This document shows, piece after piece, positions 1 through 11,239 of a stretch of 64,000 nucleotides of DNA. The first letter of the stretch is position 1. Each line of letters begins with the position of its first letter. The notes under the pieces are model-generated. The model made no database searches, was not told where the DNA came from, and worked only from the letters and a program-made list of their open reading frames with translations. The stretch spans positions 176,733 to 240,732 of the forward strand of contig CAVOXU010000014.1 in NCBI GenBank assembly GCA_963700535.1, read 5' to 3'. This DNA comes from Chrysiogenales bacterium (GTDB lineage Bacteria; Acidobacteriota; Aminicenantia; UBA2199). The position numbers and the translations under genes are program-made.

Positions 1-1677
1 TCGGAAAAAATAGCGCTGTTTTCAATTTCGGAGCGGAAGGCGTCGATCTGATTGCGGCTGAACGGCTGGCCTTTGCGCAGGGGGAATCGTTTTTTGATCA
101 GGTTTTTTTGCGGAGCGGATGCACCGATGATGATCAGCTCACCCATTTTTTTCAATTGTTTTTCGTCGATCTTGATCAGGAGCGATTTTTGTTGTCCCGG
201 TGACAGTTCGTAGCCAACGGTCGCTTCATCATAACCGCGGTCCCAGTAGAAATTCCGCAGCCGGTCGATGTCTTCGCTGAATTGCCGGGGCACATAAGGA
301 GTGCCGGACTTGCTGCGCATCAGGCGGTATAGCTCCCGGCTGGGAAAAGCCCGGTTGCCGCTGAATTCGACGTTGTCGACAAGGAATTTCCGGCCTTCGC
401 TTATGACAAAGTCGATATCGGCGTACTTGCCCCGGAAACTCGGTTCGAGTTGGATATCGATAGGTGATATCCCCTGGTAGTAATAAAAAAGCTTGAGCAC
501 TTCCATGTCGGCTATAAGTGAATTGAGCCGCAGCCAGAATAGTTTATGGAAGATCAGGTCATCGGTCTTGATGATCGCCCTGATTTTTTCATCGCTTACC
601 GACTGGTTGCCGCGTATGGTGATTGTTCCCAGCCGGTAACGTCTGTTTTTTTGGACCGTGAAAAATATGGTTTTGTTCACCCCGTCCGTGCTGATGGCGG
701 ATGTGATGCGGGCGTCGAAGTGGCCTTCATTTTTCAGATAGTTCAGCAGCCGGGCCCGGCTTTCCTCTTCGGCCCATTTTTCGAAAACCTGGCGTTCCCA
801 GACCTCGGCGATCAGCGGCATCCTGGCGTGCCATGCCCTGAAAAACGAAATTGTATTTGTAGCCGCAGGCGATGTCGATGGTGATATTCAAAACCGAGCG
901 TTCGGGATCGAGGAAATCTTCCTGCACTTTTATATCCGGGAAATAGTAGAGATTTTTTTTCAGAAGTTTCCTGGTTTTTTCGACTTTTTTGGCGAATTCG
1001 TTTTGGATATAGAAAACGGAGTTTGCAAAGTAACCCGTGATTATCCGCGCGAGCTCATCGTCGTTGACCTGGACCAGCAGTTGCCTGATGCGGGCGATCT
1101 TGCCATAGGTGATGACGAAAAAGATGGTGCAGCCGGAACGGTTTTTATCGAGGTCGACCCGCGGTGATATGCGGGCGTTGAAATAACCCTTGGCTTTGAG
1201 CAGGGTTTGCAGTTCTTCCACGGCTTTGGCCAATTTGCTCTCTTCGAACAGATCGTTCGCTCGCAGCGAATAAATGGCTGCCCGCAATTCCCGCTTGCTG
1301 ATGAAGTCGGTTTCACTGAATCTCAGGGTGCGGATGACCGGTTTGTTCTGCAGGATGAAATAGATGTCCAGCAGGTCGTCGGTCCGCATTTTGACCTTGA
1401 CTTCAATGCCGGCAAACACCCCGGTTCTAGACAAGTTCTCGATGCTTTTTCTGACATTGCGGTACTTGTAGGAGTCGCCGTTGCCTATGCTGATCAGGGC
1501 GCGGTAAGGGAGCAGCCGCTGATCGCTCTTTAGGTCCCTGTTCAGCATCAGGATCTGTCCGACCTTGACATTTTCCCAGGACGGAGCGGCCGCCTGCCGC
1601 CCCGGCTGAAGCAAAAGCAGGCAGAATACGGCCGGGAGCAATTGCCGAGGGAAGATCTTGCGGCAGTTCACGGCCAT
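1..1677 (-). CDS. BamA/TamA-family outer-membrane assembly protein (POTRA repeats). The 3-prime end lies outside the window and there is one apparent frameshift near 826-830.
   Basis: ORF 727..1677 has a signal-like N-terminus (MAVNCRKIFPRQLLPAVFCLLLLQP) followed by POTRA-like units, and loses sense after YKYNFVF. My translation of the minus strand of 1..830 in the adjacent frame continues with MPLIAEVWERQVFEKWAEEESRARLLNYLKNEGHFDARI, GNRAFPSRELYRLMRSKSGTPY and IDRLRNFYWDRGYDEA. The break lies in a T5 run. The start codon is 1 nt after the tamB-like stop. Confidence 0.7.
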
Positions 1678-1678
1678 T

Positions 1679-4600
1679 TCAGCGCCGGGTGCGCAGGCGC
1701 AGATCGAGGCTGTAGCGCCCTTCTTCGTTTCTCATGGCGATCAGGGAGATGGCCGGGGACAGCTGGTATTGCATGTAAAGGATTTCCTGGCGCGATGTGG
1801 ACAGGTTGGTGGAATAGACAACGATCAGATCCTTGGAGATGGTTTTGCCGATGGTCAGCCGCGAAGTGTCCAGTTCCGATTGACCGGAGAGGATGGGGTC
1901 GATGCGCAGCAGGTTGATGCCCAGCAGTTTATTGGCCCGCTTCTTGATCTCTTCGGTCAGCTTGGTGGTAACCATGGCCGTGCTGCCAAGTTGCGAACTG
2001 AGTTCAGTCGAACCTGTTCTTTTAAATCCCTCGCCCAGGGAGACCAGGGCCAGGATATCCTGGGGCGGCAAAGGCGGTGAGGAGACCAGTTCGGGTTTGG
2101 CGCGTGAGGCACTGCCGCGGATGTCGAAACGTATGCGGTAATTCTGGATGAACGCTTCCGATTCGACCTGGATCAACGGATCGATGAAAAAATTGTTTTT
2201 GAAAACCAGTTTGGCTTTCAGCAGGTTGAAGGAACGGTCGGAAAAATAGATCTCTCCCTGGCTGCCTTCGCAGGTCCCGCTTAAAATGGGGAAATTGGCA
2301 TTGCCTGTCAACCGCAACTTGAATTTGCCTTTGACACGGCCCAGGGAATTGTTCATCAGGATGTTCTCGCTGTTCAGCCCGATATCCAGCTGCAGCATTT
2401 CCTGGATCTTGGATTCGGCAGTCGACAGTTCCGAACGGGTGTTGAAGATGAAGCGCTCATCGATCTCTCTTTGCCAATCGACCGACTGGAATGCCAGGGT
2501 ACCGGACAGCAGCAATTGTTTCTGCCGGTATTTCAGGGTCAGGTCGGGATTGACCAGGCAGAAAGTGCGGTCCATGGGATAAAGGCGCAGGTCTTTTCCC
2601 TGGAGGTTGAAGGTCATGCTTTGCAGGCTTTTTGGGCCGATCACCAGGCGGCCATTGCCTTCCACCGTGCCGCCGCCCATTTCACCGCGCAGCGACTGCA
2701 GGATAAAGCTCTTATTGATAAAAGTGACCGTCCCCTGGAAGTTGTCCAGTGAATGGGAGAAGTTCGGCAGCGAGAGGGTCTGGCCGGAAAAGATGGCCAC
2801 GCCCCGGCTGTTGATGATGCCGCCGCTGTCCGAATAAATTTGTCCCAACAAGCGCATGCTGCCGGCATTGTTTTTCCAGGGAATCAGCAGGTTGAGATCC
2901 ATCAGGTTCAAATTGAATGTCCCGGAATAACGCGAAGCTTTGCGGCTGATATCGAGCGCAAACGGGGAAACCCCGTCCTGGTTGAGCAGTTCACCACCCG
3001 TGTTCAGGCTGAAATCGGAAAAATCGGTCATTATCTTGGCGCTGCCGTTGACGCTGAATTCACGGTCGAGGTAAAAATGAACGTTGCTGAATCGGTAGGA
3101 GAGCGCCAGCGGATCTTTCAGAAATTCACCGCGGCCGTCGATCTCCAGGTCGGCCCGGCCGCTGAATTCTCCATGCAGTCGTGCTACGTCCATGCCGTCG
3201 ATGCGGCCCTTTAAGTCGAACTTTTTCTGCCCGTAATCGATGCTGACCTCGGCATGGGCCTGGCCACCTTTGTATTTGAATTCCAAACCGTTCAAGGCTA
3301 TATTTTGCAGATTGGAGTGCAGGGCGCTCTTGACCTGTGTGAGTGCGTATCCCATGAAATTCAGTCGCGGCGCCGTTAGGGTACCGGACAGCTCAGGTCG
3401 AGACAAGGCCCGGCCCGGGCTGTAGGTGAAATCACCGCGGATCATGCCCTGCAGGTCCAGTTCCATGCTCAGGATCTTCATGATCTTTTGTGCTTCGCCG
3501 GCCACATCCCGGAAACGAATGGTGGTTTTTTGGGCGGCGATGTTCAGTTCGGCCCGGCTGTGCAGGTCGGGTGCGCTGATAAGGAATTCTCCCCGGCTCA
3601 GCAGCGGCGTGCTGCGGACTTCGCCCTGCAGGGATGAGATCCTCTGCAGGTTGGCCAGGAAGTCGGAAAGTGTGAAACGGCTGTCGATCTGCTTGTGGCC
3701 CGGCCGTTTGTCCAGAGCCAGATGAAACGAACCGTTTCCCCGGCTCAGCTTCCACGGCAGCAAATCGATGCCCAGGTAGTATGCTGAATAGGCTGTCATG
3801 TTTTCCAGGTTCGTCAATTCGGCGTCAATTTCAATGTTGGTTGTCCTGGCCAGCGAATTGGTTTTGCCGCTGATGCTGACCTGCCCGCCGTTGAACTGCA
3901 GCCGCTGTCCGGAAAACGAAGTCTGTTTTAATTTCTTTTCGCGCAGGAAATCAATGGTGCCACGGGCCACGAAAGGCTGGCTGAAAGAATGGGACGGTCC
4001 GGCATCCATTTCGGCCCGGCCGCGGATGAATTCACTGTTGAGTTGCAAGGTGCCGTTTGTGATGATCCCGGCCAGGGGGGCGTCGTTTTCAATTTCCAAT
4101 ATCCGGGATACGTACGCGGCCGGAATGTCGCGGAGCACGATATTGGTTTCCCCGCTTTTGTTGCCGACGCGCAGTGAGCCCCTTGCCAGCGGCGTTGTCG
4201 AACGAGGCTTCCAGGTCCAGGTTGCGGCTCTGGCTGTTCCAGTTCAAATTTCCGGAAAAGTTAGTGACCGGAGTTTCCCTTGATCAGGAAGGAAGGCGAT
4301 GTGAAATCGGTCTTGATCTGCACCTTGCCTTTCACGTTCCTGGCGATCTTGGCGTTCACATAGGCCAGGCCATTGACGGTCAATTCTCCCAATAGGGGGC
4401 GCAGGATATTTTCGGGATTGCCCTGGGCGAATGTATTGAAATAAAAGGAACCGTCTTTCAGGATACGGCCGTTAAGGTTGAAGAGAACTTCCCGGGTCTG
4501 CCAGACGAACTGGTTGATCCTCCAGGAAGTCCCCTGCCGGCGGACCTCGCCGCTCAGGTTGCCTTCCAGGGTGACCGGTTCGCCGCTGACGGGAATAGTG

Positions 4601-5105
4601 ACTTTCAAATGCGGTGATTCCAGGCGCATGGCCAGGGCGGCGTTCAGGATCCCTGACTGCAGATTGAAATCGAGCATTTGCACCTGCACGTCCTTGCCTT
4701 TGTAGGCGAGTTCGCCGTGGCGGATGCTGACGCGGTTGATGGTAAAGGCTGAACCGAGCGCTTTGTCGCCGGTCTTGCTTTTCAGCAATTCGTCGTTGAG
4801 AATAAAAAGCGGTTTTTCGATCTCAATGCTGACAGCTTTTTTTTTCATGAACAGCGAGGTCGGCGGCAGGTAAACATTGACCGCAGAGAATGAGACCAGG
4901 TTTTCGTTTTTGATCGGGAAATTTTTGATATTGCGGATCTCAAGCCCCAGAGGAAAAAGGGAGAGGCGCAGATCACTGAAGCGGATGTCGACGCGGCTGC
5001 CGGAAACGATCAAATGGTATATATAGTATTTGGCGGCGTAATAAGCGCCGCCCAAAAAGAAAAGTATAAAAAAAAACTGATCAGGATTTTTATTTTTTTC
5101 TTCAT
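1679..5105 (-). CDS. TamB-like translocation and assembly module protein (about 1140 aa) with 2-3 apparent frameshifts
   Basis: ORFs 4261..5130 and 1679..4138 are joined by a bridging frame (FSGNLNWNSQSRNLDLEASFDNAAGKG, then SLRVGNKSGETNIVLRDIP). The breaks lie near 4278 and 4180. The C-terminus is DUF490-like (LRIDPILSGQSELDTSRLTIGKTISKDLIVVYSTNL...RYSLDLRLRTRR). The likely true start is ATG at 5105 (MKKKIKILISFF), which would need a further shift in the A/T run at 5066-5075. That start is uncertain. Confidence 0.65.
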
Positions 5106-5108
5106 CCG

Positions 5109-5753
5109 TCAGGGCTTGACCTTTTGCCAATCCTTTAAAAAGCGTTCCATGCCGCTGGTGGTCAAGGGGTGGTTGAGCAGCTGGGCCAGGGTGGCAAAGG
5201 GGATGGTGGCAATGTCGGCTCCGATCTTGGCCGCCTGCACGAAATGCAGCGGGTGGCGCACCGAGGCAACGATGATCTCGGTGGCGATGTTGTAGTTGTC
5301 GTAGATAAGGGCGATGTCCTCGACCAGGGCCATGCCGTCGCCGGAAATGTCGTCGATGCGGCCGACGAAGGGCGAGACATAGGTCGCTCCCGCCTTGGCG
5401 GCCAGCAAGGCCTGGGAGGGGGAGAAGATCAGGGTTACATTGGTCTTGATGCCGCGGCCGGCCAGGTCCTTGACCACCTGCAGGCCTTCCAGGTTGATGG
5501 GCACCTTGATGACCACGTTGGCGGCGATGGCCGCGTATTTTTCAGCCTGGGCGATCATTTCTTCGGGTTTGCTGGCCGTGACTTCGACCGAAACCGGTCC
5601 GGGGATGGCGGCGGTGATCTCTTTGATCAGAGGGATGAATTCCCGCTGTTCTTTGGCGATCAGGCTGGGGTTGGTGGTGACGCCATCAATGACCCCGAAG
5701 GCCAGACCCTTTTTGATCTCAGCGATGTTGGCCGTGTCCAGAAATATTTTCAT
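5109..5753 (-). CDS. tal: Transaldolase / fructose-6-phosphate aldolase (short type, 214 aa)
   Basis: The ORF is 5109..5777, and the internal start MKIFLDTANIAEIKKG is typical of this family. Other family motifs are GVTTNPSL, KVPIN and GATYVSPFVGRIDD. Confidence 0.9.
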   Translation of the reverse strand: MKIFLDTANIAEIKKGLAFGVIDGVTTNPSLIAKEQREFIPLIKEITAAIPGPVSVEVTASKPEEMIAQAEKYAAIAANVVIKVPINLEGLQVVKDLAGRGIKTNVTLIFSPSQALLAAKAGATYVSPFVGRIDDISGDGMALVEDIALIYDNYNIATEIIVASVRHPLHFVQAAKIGADIATIPFATLAQLLNHPLTTSGMERFLKDWQKVKP

Positions 5754-5840
5754 GCCTTTTCTCCATGACAAGCACAATAGCTATTATAGCAGAAGCTCGG
5801 AATTTAGCAAAGACAACCAGCGTTTTCCACGGTCAATCGG

Positions 5841-8001
5841 TCAGCGGCTGCGCCAGTCGGCAAGGTAGCGGCGGGCCGCCTGGGCTTGGGCCGATGCGGC
5901 CGGAACTGCGTTCAGGAATTTTTCCATCATGGCCGCGGCTTCGGCAAATTGGCCCAGGCGGGCCAGCAGCAGCGCAAAATTGTAATGCAGGTTTGCGTCG
6001 GGCGAATGCTGCAGCGCCCTGGTGAAATAGTCCCGGGCTTGTTCGAGATCGTTCATCTGGGCGTAGACGATGGCCATGTCGCGGATCAACTGGATGTCAT
6101 CCGGTTGTTTTTGTTCCAGGTTGCGGTATATTGCCAAGGCTTCGCCAAAGCGATTGGTCCGGTGCAGGAGGAAGGCCAGCTTGCGGGCGTAGTCATCGTT
6201 GTCCGGTTCGCTTTCATGAGCCTGGCGGTAATAGGTTATGGCCAGGGGCGGATTGCCCTGTGCTTCCGCTATGCTTCCCATCTGGGAATAAACAAAGGCC
6301 TTTTTGTCTATTAAATCCATTTTTGTCAATTCCTGCAATTGGCTCATGCCCTGGTCAAGGCGGTTCATTTTGATCAGCAGGACCGCGTACTCGGTTTTCA
6401 GGGTGGTATCGGAGGGGATGCGGATCAGGGCGTCGCGGAACAGGGCCAGGGCCTTGTCGCCCTGGCCGTTTTTAAAATAGATATTAGCCAATATGGTGTA
6501 AGAGCCGGCGTAATCGGGAATGAGTTCTATGGCCTGAAGCAGGCTGGCTGCGGCTGCGTCTGTTTGCCCCCGGGCCGCCTGCTCGGCGCCGCGGTTGAAT
6601 ACCTGCCAGCCGGCGATCTTGTCCTTGGGGTCGGGCAGCGGACCCGCGCTTTGTGCGGCCGGGGCCGAAGTGATATAACCGAGTGAGGCCAGGGTGTTTT
6701 TTTCCGCGTCGGTCATGCGGCGCTGGCCCTGCATGTCGCTGCCGCCCAGGCGGCGGGTAAGTTCGTGCAGGCTTGCTTTCATTTTTTGACCCAGCACGGC
6801 TGAGCCGGAGATAAGGTTTTTTCTTTCTCCCGGGTCTTGCTGCAGGTCGTACAGTTCGGGCTTGGGCAGATCGAGATATTTGTGATTTTTCTGGATGATG
6901 CCCTGGATCGGGGCGCAGTGAAAGGCTTCGAAGGCAAAAAAACTTTCCAGGTACAGGTCCGCTTCGACCGTGTCCTTTTTTTGCATGAGCGGCAGCAGCG
7001 ACCGGCCCTGGAGCCCGGCGGGGACGGGTATCTGTAAAAAATCAAGAATGGTGGGCATGACATCGCTCAATCCGACTTTCTGCTTCAGGCGCATGTTTTC
7101 CGGCAGGCGCTTCAGAGCGTGGAAGATCAGCGGTACGCGCAGGTTCTCCTCGTAGCAGAAAACCTGGTGCCCGGTTTCGCCGTGCTCTGCGAACGCTTCG
7201 CCGTGGTCGCCGGCGATGACGACCAGGGTGTCTGCCATCAAGTGTTTTTCCCTGAGCAGGTCGAGGATGGCGCCAATATAATGATCCATATATGCGATCT
7301 CGCCGTCATAGGGATTGTCGCTGAAAGAACTGCGCAATGGTTCGGGGGGATCGTAGGGGGCATGCGGGTCGAAAAAGTGGACCCAGGCAAAAAATTTTCC
7401 CGGGCCGCGCCCGGAGAACCAGCTGGAAAAAGCTGTGAAGACAGCCTCAGCATCCCTTTCCGATTTGTAGGTCTTGGCCCCGCCGCCGGCAAGTTCATCA
7501 TTGTAAACGCTGAAGCCCTGGTCGAGGCCGAAGCGGGAATCCAGGACAAAGGAAGAGACAAAGGCTGATGTCTGGTAGCCGTTTTGGCCCAGTATCTCGG
7601 CCAGGGTGAGCACGGGTTCGGGAAGGAAATAACTGCCGTTGTTGCGGACCTTGTGGGCCGGGGGATACAAGCCGCTGAGCACGGTGCAGTGGGCCGGCAG
7701 GGTCAGGGGCACCGGGCTGTAAGCGGCCTGGCAGTGTGACGCCTTCTGCTGCCAGGCGGTCCAGGTTCGGTGTTTGCGCCGCAACGTAGCCGGAGCAGCC
7801 CAGGCGGTCGGCGCGGGTCGTGTCCAGGGTAATGAGCAGGACATTGCTTTGGGGATCCCTTTTTACTTCCTGCCGCTTGTGGCGGAAAAAAATAAAAAAA
7901 GCAAGGATTAGAACGATCACGAACAAGGGCAGCAGAAAAAACATTTTCCGGGTAAGGGGCTGGCGGGGAATGATTTTATTTTGAGTTTTGGCCATTGTCA
8001 T
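5841..8001 (-). CDS. Membrane-anchored sulfatase/alkaline-phosphatase-superfamily protein fused to C-terminal TPR repeats (paralog 1); one apparent frameshift near 7728
   Basis: ORF 7498..8001 supplies the N-terminus (a TM helix FFLLPLFVIVLILAFFIFF, then LLITLDTTRADRLG). ORF 5841..7844 supplies the rest (YSPVPLTLPAH, GDHGEAFAEHGETGH). The C-terminal roughly 250 aa is TPR-like. Confidence 0.8.
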
Positions 8002-8073
8002 TTGCCTTTAAAAAATATTATAGTTTTTGGCGGCTGTGAAGTCAAGAATAGGGCGCGGCCAGGCTGCCGGCTA

Positions 8074-8118
8074 TTCAAATAATTGAATTCAGCCACTCGC
8101 CAAATCCAAATATTTGAA
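8074..8118 (+). promoter_or_regulatory. Two 14-bp imperfect palindromes (consensus TTCAAATATTTGAA); candidate enhancer-binding-protein UAS
   Basis: The sites are ttcaaataattgaa (8074-8087) and tccaaatatttgaa (8105-8118). Their centres are 31 bp apart and they lie about 55-100 bp upstream of the sigma-54 promoter at 8171. Confidence 0.5.
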
Positions 8119-8170
8119 TCCCGGCACCGGTTTGCGCCTGTCAATGCCTGTATCAAGGACATACTGCAAA

Positions 8171-8186
8171 TGGCACGGTTATTGCT
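8171..8186 (+). promoter_or_regulatory. Sigma-54 (-24/-12) promoter
   Basis: TGGCACGgttaTTGCT matches the consensus TGGCACG-N4-TTGCW exactly, with GG at 8172-8173 and GC at 8184-8185. It lies 37 nt upstream of the ATG at 8223, which is preceded by an AGGAGG ribosome-binding site. Confidence 0.7.
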
Positions 8187-8222
8187 TAAAAAAAGTGTCT
8201 CTAAAATTTTTAGGAGGTACGA

Positions 8223-11124
8223 ATGAAAAAACTCGTGCTACTTTTTGCAGCCCTGGCACTGATCAGTTCAGTCGCCGTGGCCCAAGTGCAACTGGCCGAC
8301 ATTTACGGTACAGTTGTGCTTCCTGACGGTTCCTCCATTCCCGGAGTGACGATCACCCTGACCGGTGACGTCATCGGCAAGAAAACAACGGTCACTTCGG
8401 AAGAGGGCAACTTCAGGTTCCTGAAATTGTCCCCCGGAAACTACGAGCTGATGTTCGAGCTCGAAGGTTTCAAGACCATCATCCGCAAGGGCATCCGCCT
8501 TTTCGTCGGCAAGAACATCACCCTGACCGTGCCGATGGAAACCACCACCATCCGTGAAGAAGTGGTCGTTACCGCCAAGGCCAGCGTGGTGGATACCAGG
8601 AAAACCACGGTGGGCGTGAACATTTCCAAGGAAATGATCCAGTCCCTGCCCACGGCCCGCAACCCCTTCACCATCCTGTCGCTGGCTCCGGGCATGATGG
8701 TCGACCGTGTTGACGTCGGCGGCAACGAATCCGGCCAGCAATCCAGCTTCTATGCCGGCGGCGCATCCAGGGATGATACGACCTGGAACGTTGACGGTGC
8801 CAACATCACCGACCCGTCCGCCATCGGCGCCGCGCCCAGCTACCTGAACATGAATGCCTACGAAGAAATGCAGATCACCGTGGGTGCCAACGACATCGGT
8901 GCCCAGACCGGCGGCATCCAGCTGAACTTCGTTTCCAAGCGCGCCGGCAACCGTTTCGCCGGTGATTTCCACCTGCATGTGCAGGACAAGGCCTGGGAAA
9001 TGAAGCAGGACCTGACCCCCTACATGGTGCGCAGGAATTTCGTTACTCCGGGCATCAACCGCCTTTACCAGTACGGCGTGAACTTCGGCGGCCCGATCGT
9101 CAAGGACCATGTGTTCTTCATGGGTTCCTACGCCATCCAGGACATCCACGGCCGCACAATCGTCGGTGACGAAGACGCCACCTGGCTGCTCTCCGGCTAC
9201 GCCAAGCTGAACTTCCAGTTCGGCAACACCAGCGGCGACCTGAACCTTTCCCATGACGCCAAGAAGAAATGGGGCCGCACCGTGCTCTCCGCCGCCCAGC
9301 AGAACGACGGCTCGCTGTTCGACCAGGACGGCCCGGGCTGGGTTTATTACGGCGCCATCCAGCAGATCCTTGGCAACCTGATGCTCGACGCCAAGGTGGC
9401 CTACACCGACGGCGGCTTCATCCTCGACCCCCGCGGCGGCACGATCAATGCTGAAGGCGACCACGTGGGCGCGGACTGGCTCTACACTTTCAGTCCACTT
9501 AAATACCTGAACAACTGCTACCATTACATCACCAACCGCAACATGATCAACCTGACCTTCAACGGCAACTACTTCGCCGAGAACGTGCTTGGCGCCGACC
9601 ACGAGATCCGTTTCGGCGTGGACTACGTCAATGCCACCACCACCTCGCAGTCACTCTATCCCAACCAGAGAATCGCGGTCAAATATTCCGAGGGCGGAAA
9701 ATGGGGCGAGGTCTGGTTCACTCCCAACTGGGGTCTCGACGTGGGCTTCGACAGGATGTCATTCTACCTGTCCGATACCGCCACTTTCGGCAAACTGAAC
9801 GCCACCATCGGCGTGCGCTACGACAAGGAAAGCGGCAAGGTGAATCCCTTCCTGCAGAAAGGCCTCTACTGGCAGGAGCCGGGCACTGTGCACCACAAGG
9901 AAAAACTCCTGCCCGCCACCATGGGCGACCTGCAAGTTCCCGGCATGGACGCGCCGGTAGCCTGGAGCACCATCTCTCCACGGCTTTCGCTGACCTATGA
10001 CATCACAGGCGACGGCAAGAACGTCCTGAAGCTGGCCGTGGCCCGCTACGGTTCACAGAGCGGTAATGACCTGGCCAGCAACCTCGTGCCCCGCCGCGAA
10101 ACCGATTTCTACTGGTACGACAACAACAATGACGATACACCCCAGTGGAACGAGGTATTCAATTGGTATTATTATGCCTACGGCCCCGGCTACTCCGGCG
10201 GCTACCAGTCCTGGACCAACACCCAGCTGGTCGATTACAGCAAGGGGATCAGAAGGGTGCAGTACAATGACAGCTACAACACGCCCCTGCTCGACGAGCT
10301 GACCCTCTCCTTTGAAAAGGCCCTGGGCGAAGACATCGCCATCAGCGTTGCCGGTTTTTACAAGAAACGCCACAACCTGACCCGGGCCATCGGTATCCTG
10401 CCCGGCGGCGCCATCGAGACCGCGGCCAACTGGTACCAGTCCGGCACGCAGACGGTCGGCGACCACCCAGGTGCCCAAGTGGCTGCGTTATACGAGACCC
10501 GTCGGCACCTATTACACCAACTATGAAAAGGATTACGAAAAGTACATGGCCGTGAACCTGGTCATGACCAAGAAGATGTCCGACAAGTGGATGGCTGACA
10601 TCTCCTTCACCTACAGTGATTGGAAGAGCTATATGGACAAGAGCGAGAACTTCAACCAGAACAACTTCGACTTCTTCAATGAAGGCGTGGTCGCCCCGCA
10701 GTCGGGCGGTTCCGGCCTGTCCGGCATCTACGTGAACTCGCGCTGGATGTTCAAGCTCTCCGGCCTCTACCAGCTGCCCTGGGGGCTTAATGTTTCAGCC
10801 GTGTTCCAGGCCCGCGAAGGCTACGTTATTCCCTACCGCACCCGCATCTATCTCCCCGGCGGCATTGGCTGGACCTATTTCTATGAAGGCGGCAAGAAGT
10901 TCGGCGACGACCGGCTGCCGACCTTTGCCATCCTCAACCTCGGCCTGGAAAAGTCATTCAAAATTTCCGACAACAGCACCGCCACACTGTTCGTTGACTG
11001 GTACAACGTGACCAACAAGCAGGCCACCCTGAAATTGGAAAACACCATCGGACCCAACAAGGACGAGATCCAGATGGTCACCAACCCGGGCAACTTCCAG
11101 TTCGGCTTCCGCCTCAACTTCTAA
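8223..11124 (+). CDS. Oar-like TonB-dependent outer-membrane receptor with a carboxypeptidase-regulatory-like N-terminal domain; one apparent frameshift near 10465
   Basis: It has a signal peptide (MKKLVLLFAALALISSVAVAQ) and a CarbopepD_reg-like segment (GTVVLPDGSSIPGVTITLTG...SEEGNFRFLKLSPGNYEL). A plug-like segment follows (SKEMIQSLPTARNPFTILSLAPGM). ORF 10471..11124 continues the barrel and ends with the terminal aromatic motif FQFGFRLNF. Confidence 0.8.
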
Positions 11125-11142
11125 AGCTGCAACTCCAAACCG

Positions 11143-11162
11143 GGGTTTGAGCGATCAAACCC
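11143..11162. repeat. REP-like GC-rich hairpin
   Basis: The sequence gggtttgagcgatcaaaccc forms an 8-bp stem. It belongs to the same family as the element at 58784-58809. Confidence 0.5.
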
Positions 11163-11172
11163 GATAAAGAGA

Positions 11173-11207
11173 CCCCCTCCCCGAAACCGGGGAGGGGGTT
11201 TTTTTTT
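11173..11207 (+). terminator. Rho-independent terminator after the Oar-like gene
   Basis: A 10-bp stem (ccccctcccc / ggggaggggg) with loop gaaacc is followed by a T9 run. Confidence 0.8.
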
Positions 11208-11223
11208 AAGCTGTTTTTAGCTG

Positions 11224-11232
11224 TGCTATAAT
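11224..11232 (+). promoter_or_regulatory. Extended -10 promoter (TGcTATAAT), likely giving a leaderless mRNA
   Basis: The sequence is tgctataat. The ATG at 11240 lies 7 nt after the -10 and has no Shine-Dalgarno sequence. Confidence 0.4.
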
Positions 11233-11239
11233 GATTGCC

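Noticed and set aside
8268-9602. A 444-aa ORF on the minus strand
   Set aside because: It is antisense to the Oar-like receptor gene, has low-complexity V/A/G/H composition, and has no start-site context.
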